A stretch of 64,000 nt of DNA from the human T2T-CHM13v2.0 reference genome, Homo sapiens, in NCBI RefSeq assembly GCF_009914755.1, contig NC_060930.1; one strand, 5' to 3'. Of this stretch, positions 41,225 to 54,135 are shown piece by piece. The notes under the pieces are model-generated. The model saw only the letters and a program-made list of their open reading frames with translations. It ran no database searches and was not told the DNA's origin. The position numbers were made by a program, and so were the translations under genes. Position 1 is the first letter of the stretch, and every line of letters begins with the position of its first letter.

Positions 41225-43287
41225 ATGTCAATTACGTGACAACTATTGACAATAATAACGACCATTGATAACTCTGCAGTGTTATTAAGCTAAGAAGCTC
41301 CCTCCCTACAGTGGGTGAAGACAGGAAAGAAGGAGGAGGTTAAGTAGATAGAGACACCTGTCTTGCCACATTCTTTTCCAACTGAAAATTCTTCAGTTGT
41401 TCCAAAGTGGAAGGTCACCCTCTTCTAAATAAGTGAGTGGGGCTCTGGCCTTGCTTCACAGACACCGAACCAGTATCTCCTTGGACAAAGATAGTTAGTT
41501 TTTGAATAATCACCATATGGATGACTTTTACCAAAACTTCTTCAGGAGCTGTCTCTGGTTCATCAGAAGTCAACCTTTTTAACACAGTACATTTCCCACA
41601 TTTCTGTCTTAGATGGAACAAGGCCCTGCAGACTTGATATCTGTGACTTTGAGATTATGGTTTGGGGAGAGAAGTTGTCTCCTGGAGAGGCAATGAGAGG
41701 TGTCCCCTTTCCCAAGTCTGAAGTGTCATCAAGTTTGTACCTTAAGGATGCCACTTCTTTTTTTCCCCTTTTTATCTCAAAACATCTTCTCTGTGAAGGT
41801 GAAGATAGGATTCCTTTCTGGTGCTACATAAATAGAAGTAACTAAACTGTAGATTTCACTGTGATTATTCTAGGTTGGCATGAATTTTCTCCCCTTTATA
41901 ACAGTTTTCCATGATGAATTGCATATTTTTAATGGTCACAGATTTGGCTTTGAGATTGTAGTTATGGCAATAACCATAACAGACACACTGAAATATCTAG
42001 GGAGCACTTTTGACATTCCCTCAGTTTTATTGATTTCTTATTTCCAAATCTCACATGAGATCTGACTGAAACTCAGGACACCTTACCCAGCTGTCACAAT
42101 GTTCATTCTGGCACCCAGTACTATAATGATTTGCCAGAGCTGCTAGCCACAGAGGGTCTGGAGGTTTGCTTCTCAGTTTAGTTGTTTCAGAGTCAGGCCT
42201 TCCTAATCTGCCCCTTTGTCACTAACCCCAAGACACAGATCAATTGGCAGTGGAGTTTCTTCTAAACATCAAGACAGAGATTGTAAAACTAATGGTCTGC
42301 TCTAAATGGATTTTTACAGGCTCTCCTGCCTCTTTTACCCTGACCACATACACCCAGCAGATTTAGTAAAGTTGCATTAGCTCTCCTGGATTGAAGAGAG
42401 AAGGTTCTCTTGAGAATAATAGACATAATTCTATCTCTTGATTCCTGCCAATTAGATTTCTTTCCAAAGGCATAGTTCTCCAAATTTCTCCCTTGGTCAG
42501 AATGGATCTATAAGCCAAGAAGAAATTTTCACCCCTACAACCACACCACACATAGCAATTTGGAATTTGTGTATGTTTAAGGAAAGAATCACCAATCTGG
42601 TGGCAGATTCTGGTACTATCGTTAATGTCTGTGGAATTCACAAAACTATGCTTTTTGGTCAGTGGACTGGGTTCCTTAAATCAAGGTTGCTGATGGAACG
42701 GTCTCCCTAGAACACTAACTAAATGGTTCTAATTCAACCCAGAAAATGCTGTTCTCCTCTAGATTCTGAACTCATGAAGAAAAACCACTTGCCTTCTAAT
42801 CCATAGCCTCCCCTTCTGTGGGCTCCACAGAAATCCCCAATTAAAGCAGCTTACATTCTGCTGCCACTTCTTCACATTTAGAAACATGTTGGCTGTGGAG
42901 TAGAGGAGGCTGCACCACGAGTCTCTCAGCATTTACCTCACCACATGTGTTAGCACAAAGTGCTGTGGGGAGGGTGGAGGATCCCTCCAGCATAGCAGTG
43001 ACCACAGTAGTGAAACAACACACAGTAGAGGTTGAACCCAGTTAATGTCACCACTGTGATCAAACCCACCATGCAGCTCAGCACAGGGAAAGTATCCACT
43101 AACTCACCCCACAGAGACTCCAGCCTCAACACAACATACCTCAGGCAAGTAACATTGCATATTTAGACTGCAAATATCTATAATCCTTTCAGACTCTGAG
43201 AGGGAACTGGAGTCAGGTAGAGCTCCTAGATAAAACAATTGAAAACTAAGTATTATTTGAGATGCACATACAGCCTTACTTTGCATA

Positions 43288-43971
43288 TATGGTAGGCAAA
43301 ATTCTAAGATGGCACCAACATTATCACCTTTTGGTGTAGAGGTCCTGTATAACTCCCTTCTCTTGAGTGTGGGTGAGACCTTTGAATCTGGTGTGATATC
43401 ACTCCAGTGAAAAGGTGAAAAGATTTTGTAGAAGTAATTAAGGTCCCAAGTTAGTTAATACTGAGTTAATTCAAAAGGAGATTATCCTTTTGTAGAAGTA
43501 ATTAAGGTCCTGAGTTAGTTAATACTGAGTTAATTCAAAAGGAGATTATCCTGAGTCGGCTAGACTTAATCAGGTGAGAGTCCCTAGAAGAGGGACTGGA
43601 CCCATCCTGAAGAAAGAGATGCTTTCCTGCTGCTCTTGAAGAAGCAAATAGCCATGTTAGAAACTGCCTATGGAGACAAGTGGCCTCTGGGAGCTGATAG
43701 CCTTCATCCTTCAGCCCAAAGGAACTAAAAAGTGGTAAAATGCTGGGAATCTTAATTCTCTCAACAATCTTTATAATTTTGGAAGATGACCCTGAGCTCC
43801 AGATGAGAATTCACTCCAGCCAACACCTTGATTGTAGACTTGTGAGACCCTGAGCCGAGAACCCAACTAGGCAATGCCTGTGACAGAATAAATTGTGAGA
43901 TAATAAATGTGTGTGGTTCTTAGCAGCTAAACTTGTGGTAATTTGTTAAGCAGCAATAGGAAAATAACTCA
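43288..43971 (+). mobile_element. MLT1E-type MaLR solo LTR
   Basis: tatggtaggcaaaattctaagatggc...gttaagcagcaataggaaaataactCA; perfect TSD GCATA (43283-43287 / 43972-43976). Confidence 0.9.
43424..43551 (+). repeat. 64-bp tandem duplication within the MLT1E
   Basis: Units 43424-43487 and 43488-43551 differ only at CA vs TG. Confidence 0.95.
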
Positions 43972-44477
43972 GCATACTTCTTTTCAATTGTTATGGACAC
44001 ATTTTCTTGGTATCCCACTAGTCCCTATAAGAAACCCTGACTGGAATTCTGTAGTCCATGTTGGAAGTCTTGGAGCTTGGGTTGCTGGTGTGGATTTAAA
44101 CCATTTACATCTTGTTTCCCTCTGATCAGTCCTGAAGTCCCCATAGTTTCCCAGCCATCTCCACTAATCCCGATTTCTCCCCTCACATTAGGGAGGAATT
44201 ATCGAAGAATCTCCTAATTTTCTAGTATGTATCCTATTGTCTACAATGGGAAACAGAAGGTGAACGATGCTCAATGCAGAGAAGAGAAGAGAGGAAAAGG
44301 TAGAAGATAACCCAACTCTCTTTATCGTCATCAAGGAAAGGATGATAAGTTCCCAATCGCAACCATTTTTGAAAAAGTGGGCAGTATCTAGCCTCTGTAC
44401 AGTTACTGCTAGCTTATTTATTTAGAAATCTGAACCAAGATACCATCCTGTTTCTTTCTGATTCTTGATCATCTTAT

Positions 44478-44898
44478 TTTTCTTTTCTTTTTTTTTTTTA
44501 ACTTTTAAGTTCAGGGGTACAAGTGCAGGTTTTTATATAGGTAAACTCCTGTCATGGGGGTTAGTTGTACAGATTATTTTATCACTCAGGTATTAAGCCT
44601 AGTAGCTATTAGTTATTTTTTCCTGATCCCTTCCCTCCTCCCACTCTCCACTCTCCAATAGGCTCCAGTGTATGTTGTTTCTTTCTTGGTGTCCATGAGT
44701 TATCATCATTCAGCTCCTACTTATAAGTGAGAACATGAACATGTGACATTTGGTTTTTATCTTCCTGCATTAGTTAGCTAAGGATGATGGCCTCCAGCTT
44801 CATCTATTTCCCAACAAAGGACATGATTTCATTCTTTTCTATGGCTGCATAGTATTCCATGGTGTATGTGTACCACATTTTCTTTATCCAGTCTATTC
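44478..44898 (-). mobile_element. L1PA (old) 3' end, ~400 bp
   Basis: acttttaagttcaggggtacaagtgcagg...gtaccacattttctttatccagtcta. Confidence 0.9.
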
Positions 44899-45059
44899 AA
44901 TTAGAATTTGTTGTAATAGCGAAAATAGTGCCTCTCAAGCTTTCTAAGGCTGGCTAGAGCTGAGTGAGCCTGGACCTTTATGAGCAACTGCCATGAGCTC
45001 TCGTTCCTGGCAGATACCAAAACTCATTTTGGTATTTGTTGATTTGTTTAATCTCAACT

Positions 45060-45620
45060 ACCATACTATACAAAAGTTTTTTTTAGCCTTACAGTACAGT
45101 TGGAAATAATTTTATCTTGTATCTGCCTGGATATCAAGATATTGGGAGATGCTTCCTCAATGATTTCTACAATTGAATCTATTCTAGCAATCAACGGCCT
45201 GTCTGGTCTAGGAGGTGCCTTCTTTTAAGTGTATATTGAAATGTCACACTGAGGTGAAATCTTTTATAGTTCTCAATGCTTGCTTGCGCCTAAGTCATTG
45301 AAGCATTCTATTCTTGTAACATTACCCTAGTTTGTTCAATTCATAGTTTATATTATTCTTTTCTTGGCACCTGCTCCGCCCTGTCCTCCAAACTGTACAC
45401 TTTGAGAATCACCAAGTATCCTTTATTCTATTGCTTTTTCAAGAGCCAGATCTCTTGTTGACTGGGATTCATCTACCAGTGCTACCACTTTGTTCCTGGA
45501 TCTTTTATCTTTCTTTGGAAACAATCTACAGTTCTTTAAAAATTCCCCAACGGATATTTATCACTGCTTAGGTTTTTTTCTCCTCATCGATTCTGTACAA
45601 AATTCATCAGAATATTTTGA
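45060..45620 (-). mobile_element. probable CR1/L3-class LINE endonuclease-domain fossil
   Basis: Minus-strand NCRLFPKKDKRSRNKVVALVD resembles GYxLFRKDRxxRxGGGVALYV; a GDFN-like site and an EEPT-like site follow at roughly the expected spacing. Confidence 0.4.
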
Positions 45621-46779
45621 ATAAACAATCATAATATAAACATCATTCCATTTTTAAAGTTTTCTTCCCCCAGGAACTCTTCTGTGATCACATTTGTCTC
45701 CATATCATTCCTTTCCCAATAATTAAATATTGCTAATACCATATACACTTGTACTAGATCTTGTCTCCCTCCATGGCCCATTCTGCTAATACTAAAGGTG
45801 ACACAGTGGCATACTACTAGTTTATTTCTGTAGTGTGCTTTGTTGGGAGAATGATTAACATTCCAACTGTCCAAAATTCAATAATATTGAAACTTAGCCT
45901 TCACATAGGTAAGTGTGTCATCCCATCCTGCCATATCTGAAAGGGATACGAGATCAACCTAGTATGAAAATACAGGGAAAACAGTTGTATTCATTGCCAA
46001 GTGCTCTAAAAGTTAAAAGGATGCTGCAATATATCTCATTCCATTCGTTCCTTTCAACTGGACATTCCACTTTGCATAAACATCCTGAATTCCCTATGTG
46101 CCCCATTGCTTTCCTGTCTTTCTCTTCTCTGCTTCCAACCCCCATCAACTCCCAGGCTCTCAGCTACCTCTTACTGTTATCCCAGGGGCTCAAGTCAGCA
46201 ATTCCTTTTTATCCTATCTGGCCAACACAAATGTATCTTTTCATGCCAGTTCATAGGGAATCAACTCTACAAACCTCTCTTGTCCATTATAGCATATCTT
46301 TAAAATGCAATGTAATATCTATATATATTGCATTTAATATATATTTTATATATTGCATTTTATATATATGTAATGTTCCACAAAATGTTATATAAATGAC
46401 ATTTACCCACAAAGGTAAGAATAAGAGGAATGAAGAGATTAAAATAGATAACTCTAAGTTTCTCTCCAATGTCAGGGACTAGGCCTTTTACATCTTCATG
46501 CCCGGTCACTGGCACATACTGAACTTTCATATACTTTTCTGCAGCATGATTGATTTTAAGTTGGTGCCTGACCGAATTACTTATGGTAATGTGAGGATCG
46601 CTGGATTTGAAAACATACAGCTAGATTTGCAATTGTTCCATTTTATAGTCAGACTTGTTCATTCTTTCATATTAACTCTATGCCAATGTCATTCCTACAT
46701 TGCCTGCACAATGCTACGGCTACCTGTTGAAAAGCAAATCAATCATCTGACTGTTTGATGTCAAACAATTGGGAGTATA

Positions 46780-46920
46780 TAAAATTGTAGAAAGTAGCAG
46801 TTGCAAGGAGGCAAATGGCATATTCTAATCCTGGTTTTGCAATCTCCTCATGATGTAACATTGGCAAATCAGTCTCTCTGGGTGTAGTTTTCTTATCTAT
46901 AAACGACATTTGTTAACATA
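46780..46920 (+). mobile_element. MIR fragment
   Basis: ttctaatcctggttttgc...gatgtaacattggcaaatc...gttttcttatctataaa. Confidence 0.55.
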
Positions 46921-48158
46921 CTTTCATAACCTTTTTTTGACATTTTTCCTATTGAATTCATAAGTTACTCTGGCTCAGGTTAAGTTTTCCAAGTGATATT
47001 TGCTAATATTTTATGGCAATATGTGTTACGTAATTCTTTAAATATACAAGGAATTCAGCATTTTGCCAAAATATTTTATATACTCACATTTTATATTTCA
47101 TGTAAAATTCAAGGGATCATGTGTTGTTCTCCATTTGAACAGATGCAATATCTTCTTGACAGAATTTATATTTTCACTACACAGTAGCAACAAAATAAAA
47201 CAAGGAAACTCTTCAAACAAAAGTGAAGTGGATGGAAATTATGGTCACTTTATAACAGCTACATTGACCGCTTCCATCTTCCTTTTTTCTCCATGCTCTT
47301 TTTGTATGCTGCCAGATTGTCTCCTAGCTGGAGGTGACAGACAGCCCCAGCCCAGACTGCATCTACAGACAACCCATCTGGGAATTGTCTGTGCGAGTTT
47401 CAAAGATGTTCCCTGTGGCAAAAACCACTTTATAAGTCTCTTTTCAAACTTTAGGTTCTGTTTAAATGTGTTTTAACAGTTATAGTATGGTGTCTGACTG
47501 GATAGACACTTCTGCAGTTGCTGGCTGGACAGTGCCTACAGTTCATTGCTTAAGAGCTGTGTCTTGTGTCAAGGCCCCGGGAGTGGAAACAGGCTTGGAC
47601 TAACTACATTTCCTGTCTTACCCCTTCCATGAAGACTCTTTTGCTCATTTTTATTTTCTAAAGTATACATAGGACAAGGGGAGTTTTAGAGTTATAAACA
47701 TCTCACCAGTGTTGCTTATATTTTATATCTTCAGTCCTATAAATATACATATATAAATATTCTAATGAAGAAAAAATACCATTTTCAAATTCTTCTTTAA
47801 ATTTGTGGAAAATATTTGTTAATGTATTCAGCTTTTAATTATCCTCGCAATTTTAAAACATGTCATGTATCTAAAGATGTAAACTGATTTCTAAGGAGCC
47901 TAAGTGTACAGACAGTCTTTGCAGGTTATTTCTAATCTCCCTGACTTCTCAACATTGGAATGCCCCAGGGCTCAGTCCTCAGACATTTTCTTTCCTATCT
48001 GCATTCATTTTCTTAGTGACCTCATCAAATCTCATCTCTTTAAATATCATCCATATGCTGACAAGTTGCTAATTTATAACCCTAGCCTAGAACTTTCTCC
48101 TCAACTGGTATGTCCAACTGCCTATGTGACATCTCCATTTCAAGGTCAAAAGAAATCC

Positions 48159-48455
48159 TGCCGGGTGCAGTAGCTCACGCCTGTAATCCCCGCACTTTAG
48201 GAGGCCAAGGCGGGTGGATCACTTGAGGTCAGGAGTTCAAGACCAGCCTGGCCAACATGGTGAAACCCCATCCTTACTAACAACACAAAAATTAGCTGAG
48301 TGTGGTGGTGTGTGCCTGTAGTCCCAGCTATTTGGGAGTCTGAGGCACAAGACTCTCTTGAATCTGGGAGGCAGAGATTATAGTGAGCAGAGATCCCACC
48401 ACTGCACTCCAGTGTGGGCAACAGAGTGAGTCTCAAAAAAAAAAAAAAAAAAAAA
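48159..48455 (+). mobile_element. AluS (Sx/Sz-like), full length
   Basis: gatcacttgaggtcaggagttcaagaccagcctggccaacatgg; A21 tail; TSD aaaagaaatc. Confidence 0.95.
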
Positions 48456-49271
48456 GAAATCTCAAACTTACTACTTTCAAGACAGCCCCAATGCCCCAAT
48501 AGGTTCTGCTTTTACACCAGGTGTCTTCATTTCCATAAATGGCAGTTCCGTTTCTCCAGTTGCTCAAGTTAATACCTTGGAGCCATTCTTGAATTTCTTC
48601 TTTCTCTTATATCTTGCAAATGCTCAGAAAATTCTGGCTGTATTTTAAAACCATAACCACAATTCCCATCACTTGCTTCACCTCGGTTGCTACAGTCTTG
48701 ATTCAGCTCACCATTAGCTCCTGCCTGGATGACCACTGTAGCCTGGGGCCTGGTCTCTCTGTTTCTACCCTTGCCTCCCTGGATTCTCTTCATCAGGGCA
48801 GCAGCCAAGATGATCATTTTATTCCTCTTCTCAAATCCCTCCTATGACTTCCTATCTTACTCAGGTTATAAAATACATACATTTACAATTCCCTCTATGA
48901 TCCCATATCCCACATATGCTTCCTTTCTCTTCCTGTTCTCTGACTTCGTCTTCTACTACTGCCTGTCCCCCTTGACTACTGAACATCTTTGGCTGGAGCT
49001 CCCCATATGGGGACCCTCAGAGCATTTACATCTGCAATTCTCTTGACCCAAATGGCTGCTTGTTACTCCAGATATCAGCATGATGCCCTCACTTCCTTTA
49101 GGTCCTCATTCAAGTGAAAACTTCTCTGGCCACCTCATCTAAAATTGCAAGCTCTCTAGCAACACAGGCATATGCACACACATTTCTATCACCATTGCCT
49201 CTTTTGTTTTCTTCTTAATAAATGCCACAGTTACTTATTTTTATTTTTTTGTCTGACTCCTCCACTTGGCG

Positions 49272-49456
49272 CTAAAGGTCAATAAGCTATAGCCCATAGA
49301 CAAAATCTAGCTCCCCATTCATTTTTGTGAGTAAAGTTTTATTGGAACACAGCTGCACACGTTTGTTCATGTGTTATGATCATTTTCATATGGCTCCAAA
49401 AGCCTAAAATATGTATTTACTATCTAGCCTTTTGCAGCAAAACTTGCCAACCTCTG
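49272..49456. mobile_element. MER58A hAT-Charlie fossil
   Basis: gtaaagttttattggaacacagc...aaagcctaaaatat..ttactatctagcctttt..cttgccaacctctg. Confidence 0.8.
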
Positions 49457-52400
49457 TGAATATAAGCTTCAGAAGGACAGGTGTTTTTGTTTATTTTATT
49501 CTCTTCTTTGTCACTAGAACCACAGAGTCATGACTGGCACATATTAAGTATCCAATAAGAATGTGTTGTCTGATGAATAAATGAAGTGTTGCTGGCTTTG
49601 TGATTTAAGGATCTTGATAAGAAAACAAAGTGGAATTGAAATTTTACATGGCTAGGGATCTACAATAAACATTGGAAGGGTTTTGATGATGTTCCTTAGT
49701 GTTGTTTTTCAACTGAAAAAAAAACAAGACATTTTTTGAATATCATTCATTCTAAGTAAAAATGGTCATCTCCTAGTGTTGACTTTAAATACAGTGTAAA
49801 ACAACTGGTAGAGGTATTGTTATTACACCAATTATATTGTTACAGAACCACTGCTGTAATAGGGCCATTAAATAAGCCCTCTGAGAGCAGTTATGCAGGA
49901 CTAAAATTGCTTTAAGGTGCCAATTGAAATCACCTGTGTGACCTTTTCAGGCCTGTTTGCATCTTGTTATCCACCAAGTGAGAGATAAGAGCTAATCCAT
50001 TTCGAATGCACGATTGTAGTGGGCATTGGTCATTTAGGTCCAGCAGAAAATGTGGAGTCCACTCTGACTTTACACTTTTAGTCAACAATATAGCCTATTG
50101 CTCCCAATGAAAAGACAAGATAGAAAGTATTTTGTTTGATCTCTGGTGGCAGTAGAGATTTCAGTAGTGAAACCAAAACCAATGACTTCTCCCTTTTCTG
50201 TGTAGCCATTCATAGAAGCTCTGGCACCTAAGAACTTTGTCTTTAGGGGGACAGGTTGAGACTCTTTCAGAAAGAAATGTTCCCCTCTTTTTATGTGAGA
50301 CTTCAATACTCCATTCAAAAAAACAAGGGTTTCAGGGTTAGACCGATTGATGGTAAAGATGACAAAACCTTGAGAAGTCTCTTAGCTTGAGCTGAAAAAT
50401 GTGTGTGGCTAACTGCCTTAAACATTTTAAAATGTAACTCTCTAACTGTAGTAAGGGCTGTCGAGCTAAGATTTGGGGTTAATTGTTCACTGTTCAACAT
50501 GGTTTGTGAATAATTGCAGAACTGTAGCAATTAAATTGTGCTTTCTACAAAACAGGCAGCACATGCCTCCTGCTTTAGATAGACCTGCGGTTTTGCAGAT
50601 TGGCAAACCTCTGTAATCTATTTGGATGTACAGGTGACATCTCTCTTTGAGTCTTCAGGACCCTGGGACCTCTGGGATGTTTGCTATATCATAAACTTGA
50701 ATGATGAAAAAGCAGCAGGACTACTTCAGCCTCTAATTAGAACCACTCAATGCAGCAAAGAAACTGAGCAACTGTTTATTATTCCATTTAATGTTTTTTT
50801 TCTACATTCACAAATCATTTATCAGTATCATCTGAAAATGAAAAATGATAAGTGCAGTGATACTTGGCACAATACATCCGGTTTGTTACCCAAGAGTTGG
50901 TATTTAGGTACAGAAGTGTTAACGATGAAGTCATACCCTGGAGAGGATGCAAAAGAGAACTTATTCTTCAGTTCTGGCTGAATTCCCAGGTTTGGGCCAA
51001 TGTGAATCTACCGGAATTAGTGATAATGTTTTCTGTCATGGTTGTAAAATACTTTCAGAGAAACATAAAGTTTTTATGAGAAGAATAGTAAAAGAAATGA
51101 GTTCTTCTATGCCTGGGGGGTTAATATTTGTTCTTGTTGGCTCATTTGAGGATAGCAGAGGTTGAGATGGGGAGATAAAGGCACAAAGCCTTGAGTTCCC
51201 TCTTGCCACTGCTCATTATAAATAGTAGCTTCTAGATAGCTCAATTGCTTAAAATGTGAAGGTCCTAACAAATCCCTAAGTCACTAAGTTAAAACATCTG
51301 TACTTGCTGGTTTTATCTATGTCTGAGGCCCCATTACAGTTTTCTCTTTCTCCCCTTCTTTATTCTTTTTTCTTTAGGATGATAGAATTTTTCCTGTGAT
51401 AGGTTTCCAGGTTTCAAGTGTTATTTATTTACAATAGCTTAATGGAGAATGTCAGTAAGGTTTAGAGACCTTTCCAAAGAATGGGAATGTTAGGATGCTC
51501 AAACCACATGCTGTCAAAAACTATTTTAAGTACTCTGTTTCATCAAGTAAATGCAGTTAGTTAAATTGAATTTAGAGAATTTTCCCCTCTTTGTGATGAA
51601 CAGAGAATGATTATCATACCTGTGATACTCCTGACTTCCTTTTTGTATAAGTAGTGTAGTTGTACTGATCTTGAAGTTTATTAGAGCTTTAAGCTGTCAG
51701 GTTATTACTGTCAGTTTCAAGAAAAGAAAGAGTTACTGATGTAAAATTAATTTATTGAATGGAATTGTTTTGCCCTCAGGGAATAACATCACCATTTAAT
51801 TTAATTTCCCCATCATATTGTCTCATTTGTAGAGGAAAAAAATAACTTTTCTTTTAAAGAGAATAAAGTGCATTATGCTGAATGGTGTACTTCATCCTTA
51901 CAGGTTTTGCTTGTTCTAGATCGTCAGTTGTCATAACAACATGATACATTGTGCAATAATACTTGCTTGCTGAATTTGGGAAGCTAGCACTGATTTAGAT
52001 ATTTACTTATAAGAAAATGTTGTGAGGACTTAAAAATATGTATAAAATTTTTCTTATGGTTACATTTTTCAATATCACACAAATTCATTATGGACCATCT
52101 GATACCAAAACTATATTTTAAATATTGTTATTAAAAGCCTTGAAATCACATATATCCTGGTTGCTGGTGGTGTCCTCAGTGTTTGCCCAAAGATACAACT
52201 ATCTTCTGTTCCACTGGGGTTCAGAACACAGGTGTGCTTAAGCCTAGTAGGTGGTATTAGAAAGTCAAATCCACAAACACCAAACAAAATGCCTGGCATT
52301 CAATTCACGTTTCAAAGAGAAGCCTACAGAAGTGCTGAGGGCAAAGGTGGGGTCTTGGGGAAAACGACTGTCTTAACTAAAGAAACACAAAGACTCCTTT

Positions 52401-52614
52401 TGAGCTCTGTTTCAAGAATAAATTTACCTTTACCCAGACGTTAAGTATTACACTAGAAATTTCTCTTGTATATATAGGTCTACAAAAATATACAAGCCTT
52501 GTAGTTACAATGTTAAATTCTCAAGAACTCAATCCCTCTCATTATGTGTATTTTATTTAAGCAGCATAGTTTCAAAATCTTTCCCCTTCCTCCTCAAAAT
52601 GAACCATAATGGAA

Positions 52615-52740
52615 AATCAATCTTCATTCAGCAAACACTTATTAAGCACTTATTATGTGAGATGCATAATACTTAACACTACAGGCTGTAAAAAGGTGAA
52701 GAGTCATGATTTCTAGCCTCTTGGAGCTTGCGATCATATT
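52615..52740 (-). mobile_element. L2 3' end
   Basis: ttcattcagcaaacacttattaagcacttattatgtg. Confidence 0.65.
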
Positions 52741-53065
52741 AATAAGGAGAACAATAAAATTACACCAAGAACATTGCTACAGAATAAAGCAGATATCTTG
52801 GTTGTATATGCACAGGTACAGTTGTAGTCATTGCTAAAACATTGCATACTTCTATACAGATTGGTAAACATTACTAAATGCTGACCGAAACCCCACAAGT
52901 GGCCCCCGGTCCCAAGCCACCTATACAAGGACTTTCATTTTCCCAATTCTTCTTTGGGCAATTGAAATATTAAAAACCTACATAGCAGAGGACCATTAAG
53001 GACCCCACCCCAGTGAAGAAACTCTTTCTGATTCATGAGATCTCAAACAAGAAATTTTTATTGCC

Positions 53066-53184
53066 TTATGTATATTTTACTGGCAGTCTTGAAATTTTAA
53101 AATAAACAACATTCCTAAAAATTACCAAAAAAGCATATTAAAAATTAAGACTATCAGCTTTTCCAATATCAAAGCTTATTTTTG
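53066..53184 (+). repeat. local duplication copy A, left half (paralog of 58009-58130)
   Basis: cttatgtatattttact...aagactatcagcttttccaatatcaaagc aligns with 58009-58130. Confidence 0.9.
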
Positions 53185-53685
53185 TTTTTTTCAATCTCTT
53201 CTATTTTAAAATTTATTCTCTAGAACCCCAATTATGTGTATATATAGGCCCTTCTGTTCCATAACTATATATATATATATATATATCTTTTAACTCTTTT
53301 TTTGGTTTGGATTAGAGGAACACAGAATTGGAATTTGCATGATCATCATGATCCTTACATGTCTGCTTTTATTATTTATTAATTGATTTGGTTATTTTCC
53401 ACAATAGAATTAACACAGTGAATCACCCCCTACCTCAAAAGAAAAGAGTTAGAACTTACATCTAACTTTGTGGTTTCTGTCACACCAAGCCTTTCTCTTC
53501 ATGTGCAGAAAATGTTATTTTAAATCTTATGTTGATTATTCACTTTCATTTTTAATGGGTTTCATATACTTCTAAATATGCCTAAATAAGAATTTTTAAA
53601 TAAGAAAACAGATGTGGCTACAAGTTTCATTTCCAGAGCATTAACCTCATCATGATTTCTATTTTTTATTTGCCATCCACTTAAT
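53185..53685 (-). other. putative L1 3'-transduced segment with poly(A) tail
   Basis: Lies inside the TSD, downstream of the L1PB1 tail; minus-strand AATAAA at 53212-53217 is ~20 nt from the T-tract at 53179-53191. Confidence 0.65.
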
Positions 53686-54085
53686 TTTTATTTATTTTTA
53701 TGTATTTATTTATATATTTATTTAATTTTAATAGTTTTTTTGAGAGAACAGGTGGTGTTTGGTTACATAACTAAGTCCTTTAGTGGTGATTTCTGAGATT
53801 TTGGTGCACCAATCACCTGATCAGCGTACTCTGTACCTAGTGTGTAGTCTTTTATCCCTCACCCACTCCCATCCTTTTCCCTGGAGTCCCCAAAGTCCAT
53901 CATATCATTCTTATGCCTTTGTATCCTCATAGCTTAGCTCCCACTTATGAGTGAGGACATAGGATATTTGATGTTCTATTCCTGAGTAACTTCACTTAGA
54001 ATAATCGTCTCCAGTTCCATTCAGGTTGCTGCAAATGGCATTATTTCATTCCTTTTTATGGCTGAGTAGTATTCCATTGTGTGTG

Positions 54086-54135
<50 letters not shown>

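Larger units (their letters stand above)
47910..49585 (+). mobile_element. L2a-like LINE interrupted by an Alu and MER58A
   Basis: ggaatgccccagggctcagtcctcag...; 3' end gactggcacatattaagtatccaataagaatgtgttg...gaataaatgaa. Confidence 0.85.

Noticed and set aside
45913-46395. 160-aa ORF
   Set aside because: Non-ATG start, no recognisable domain, and it runs into AT-rich low-complexity sequence
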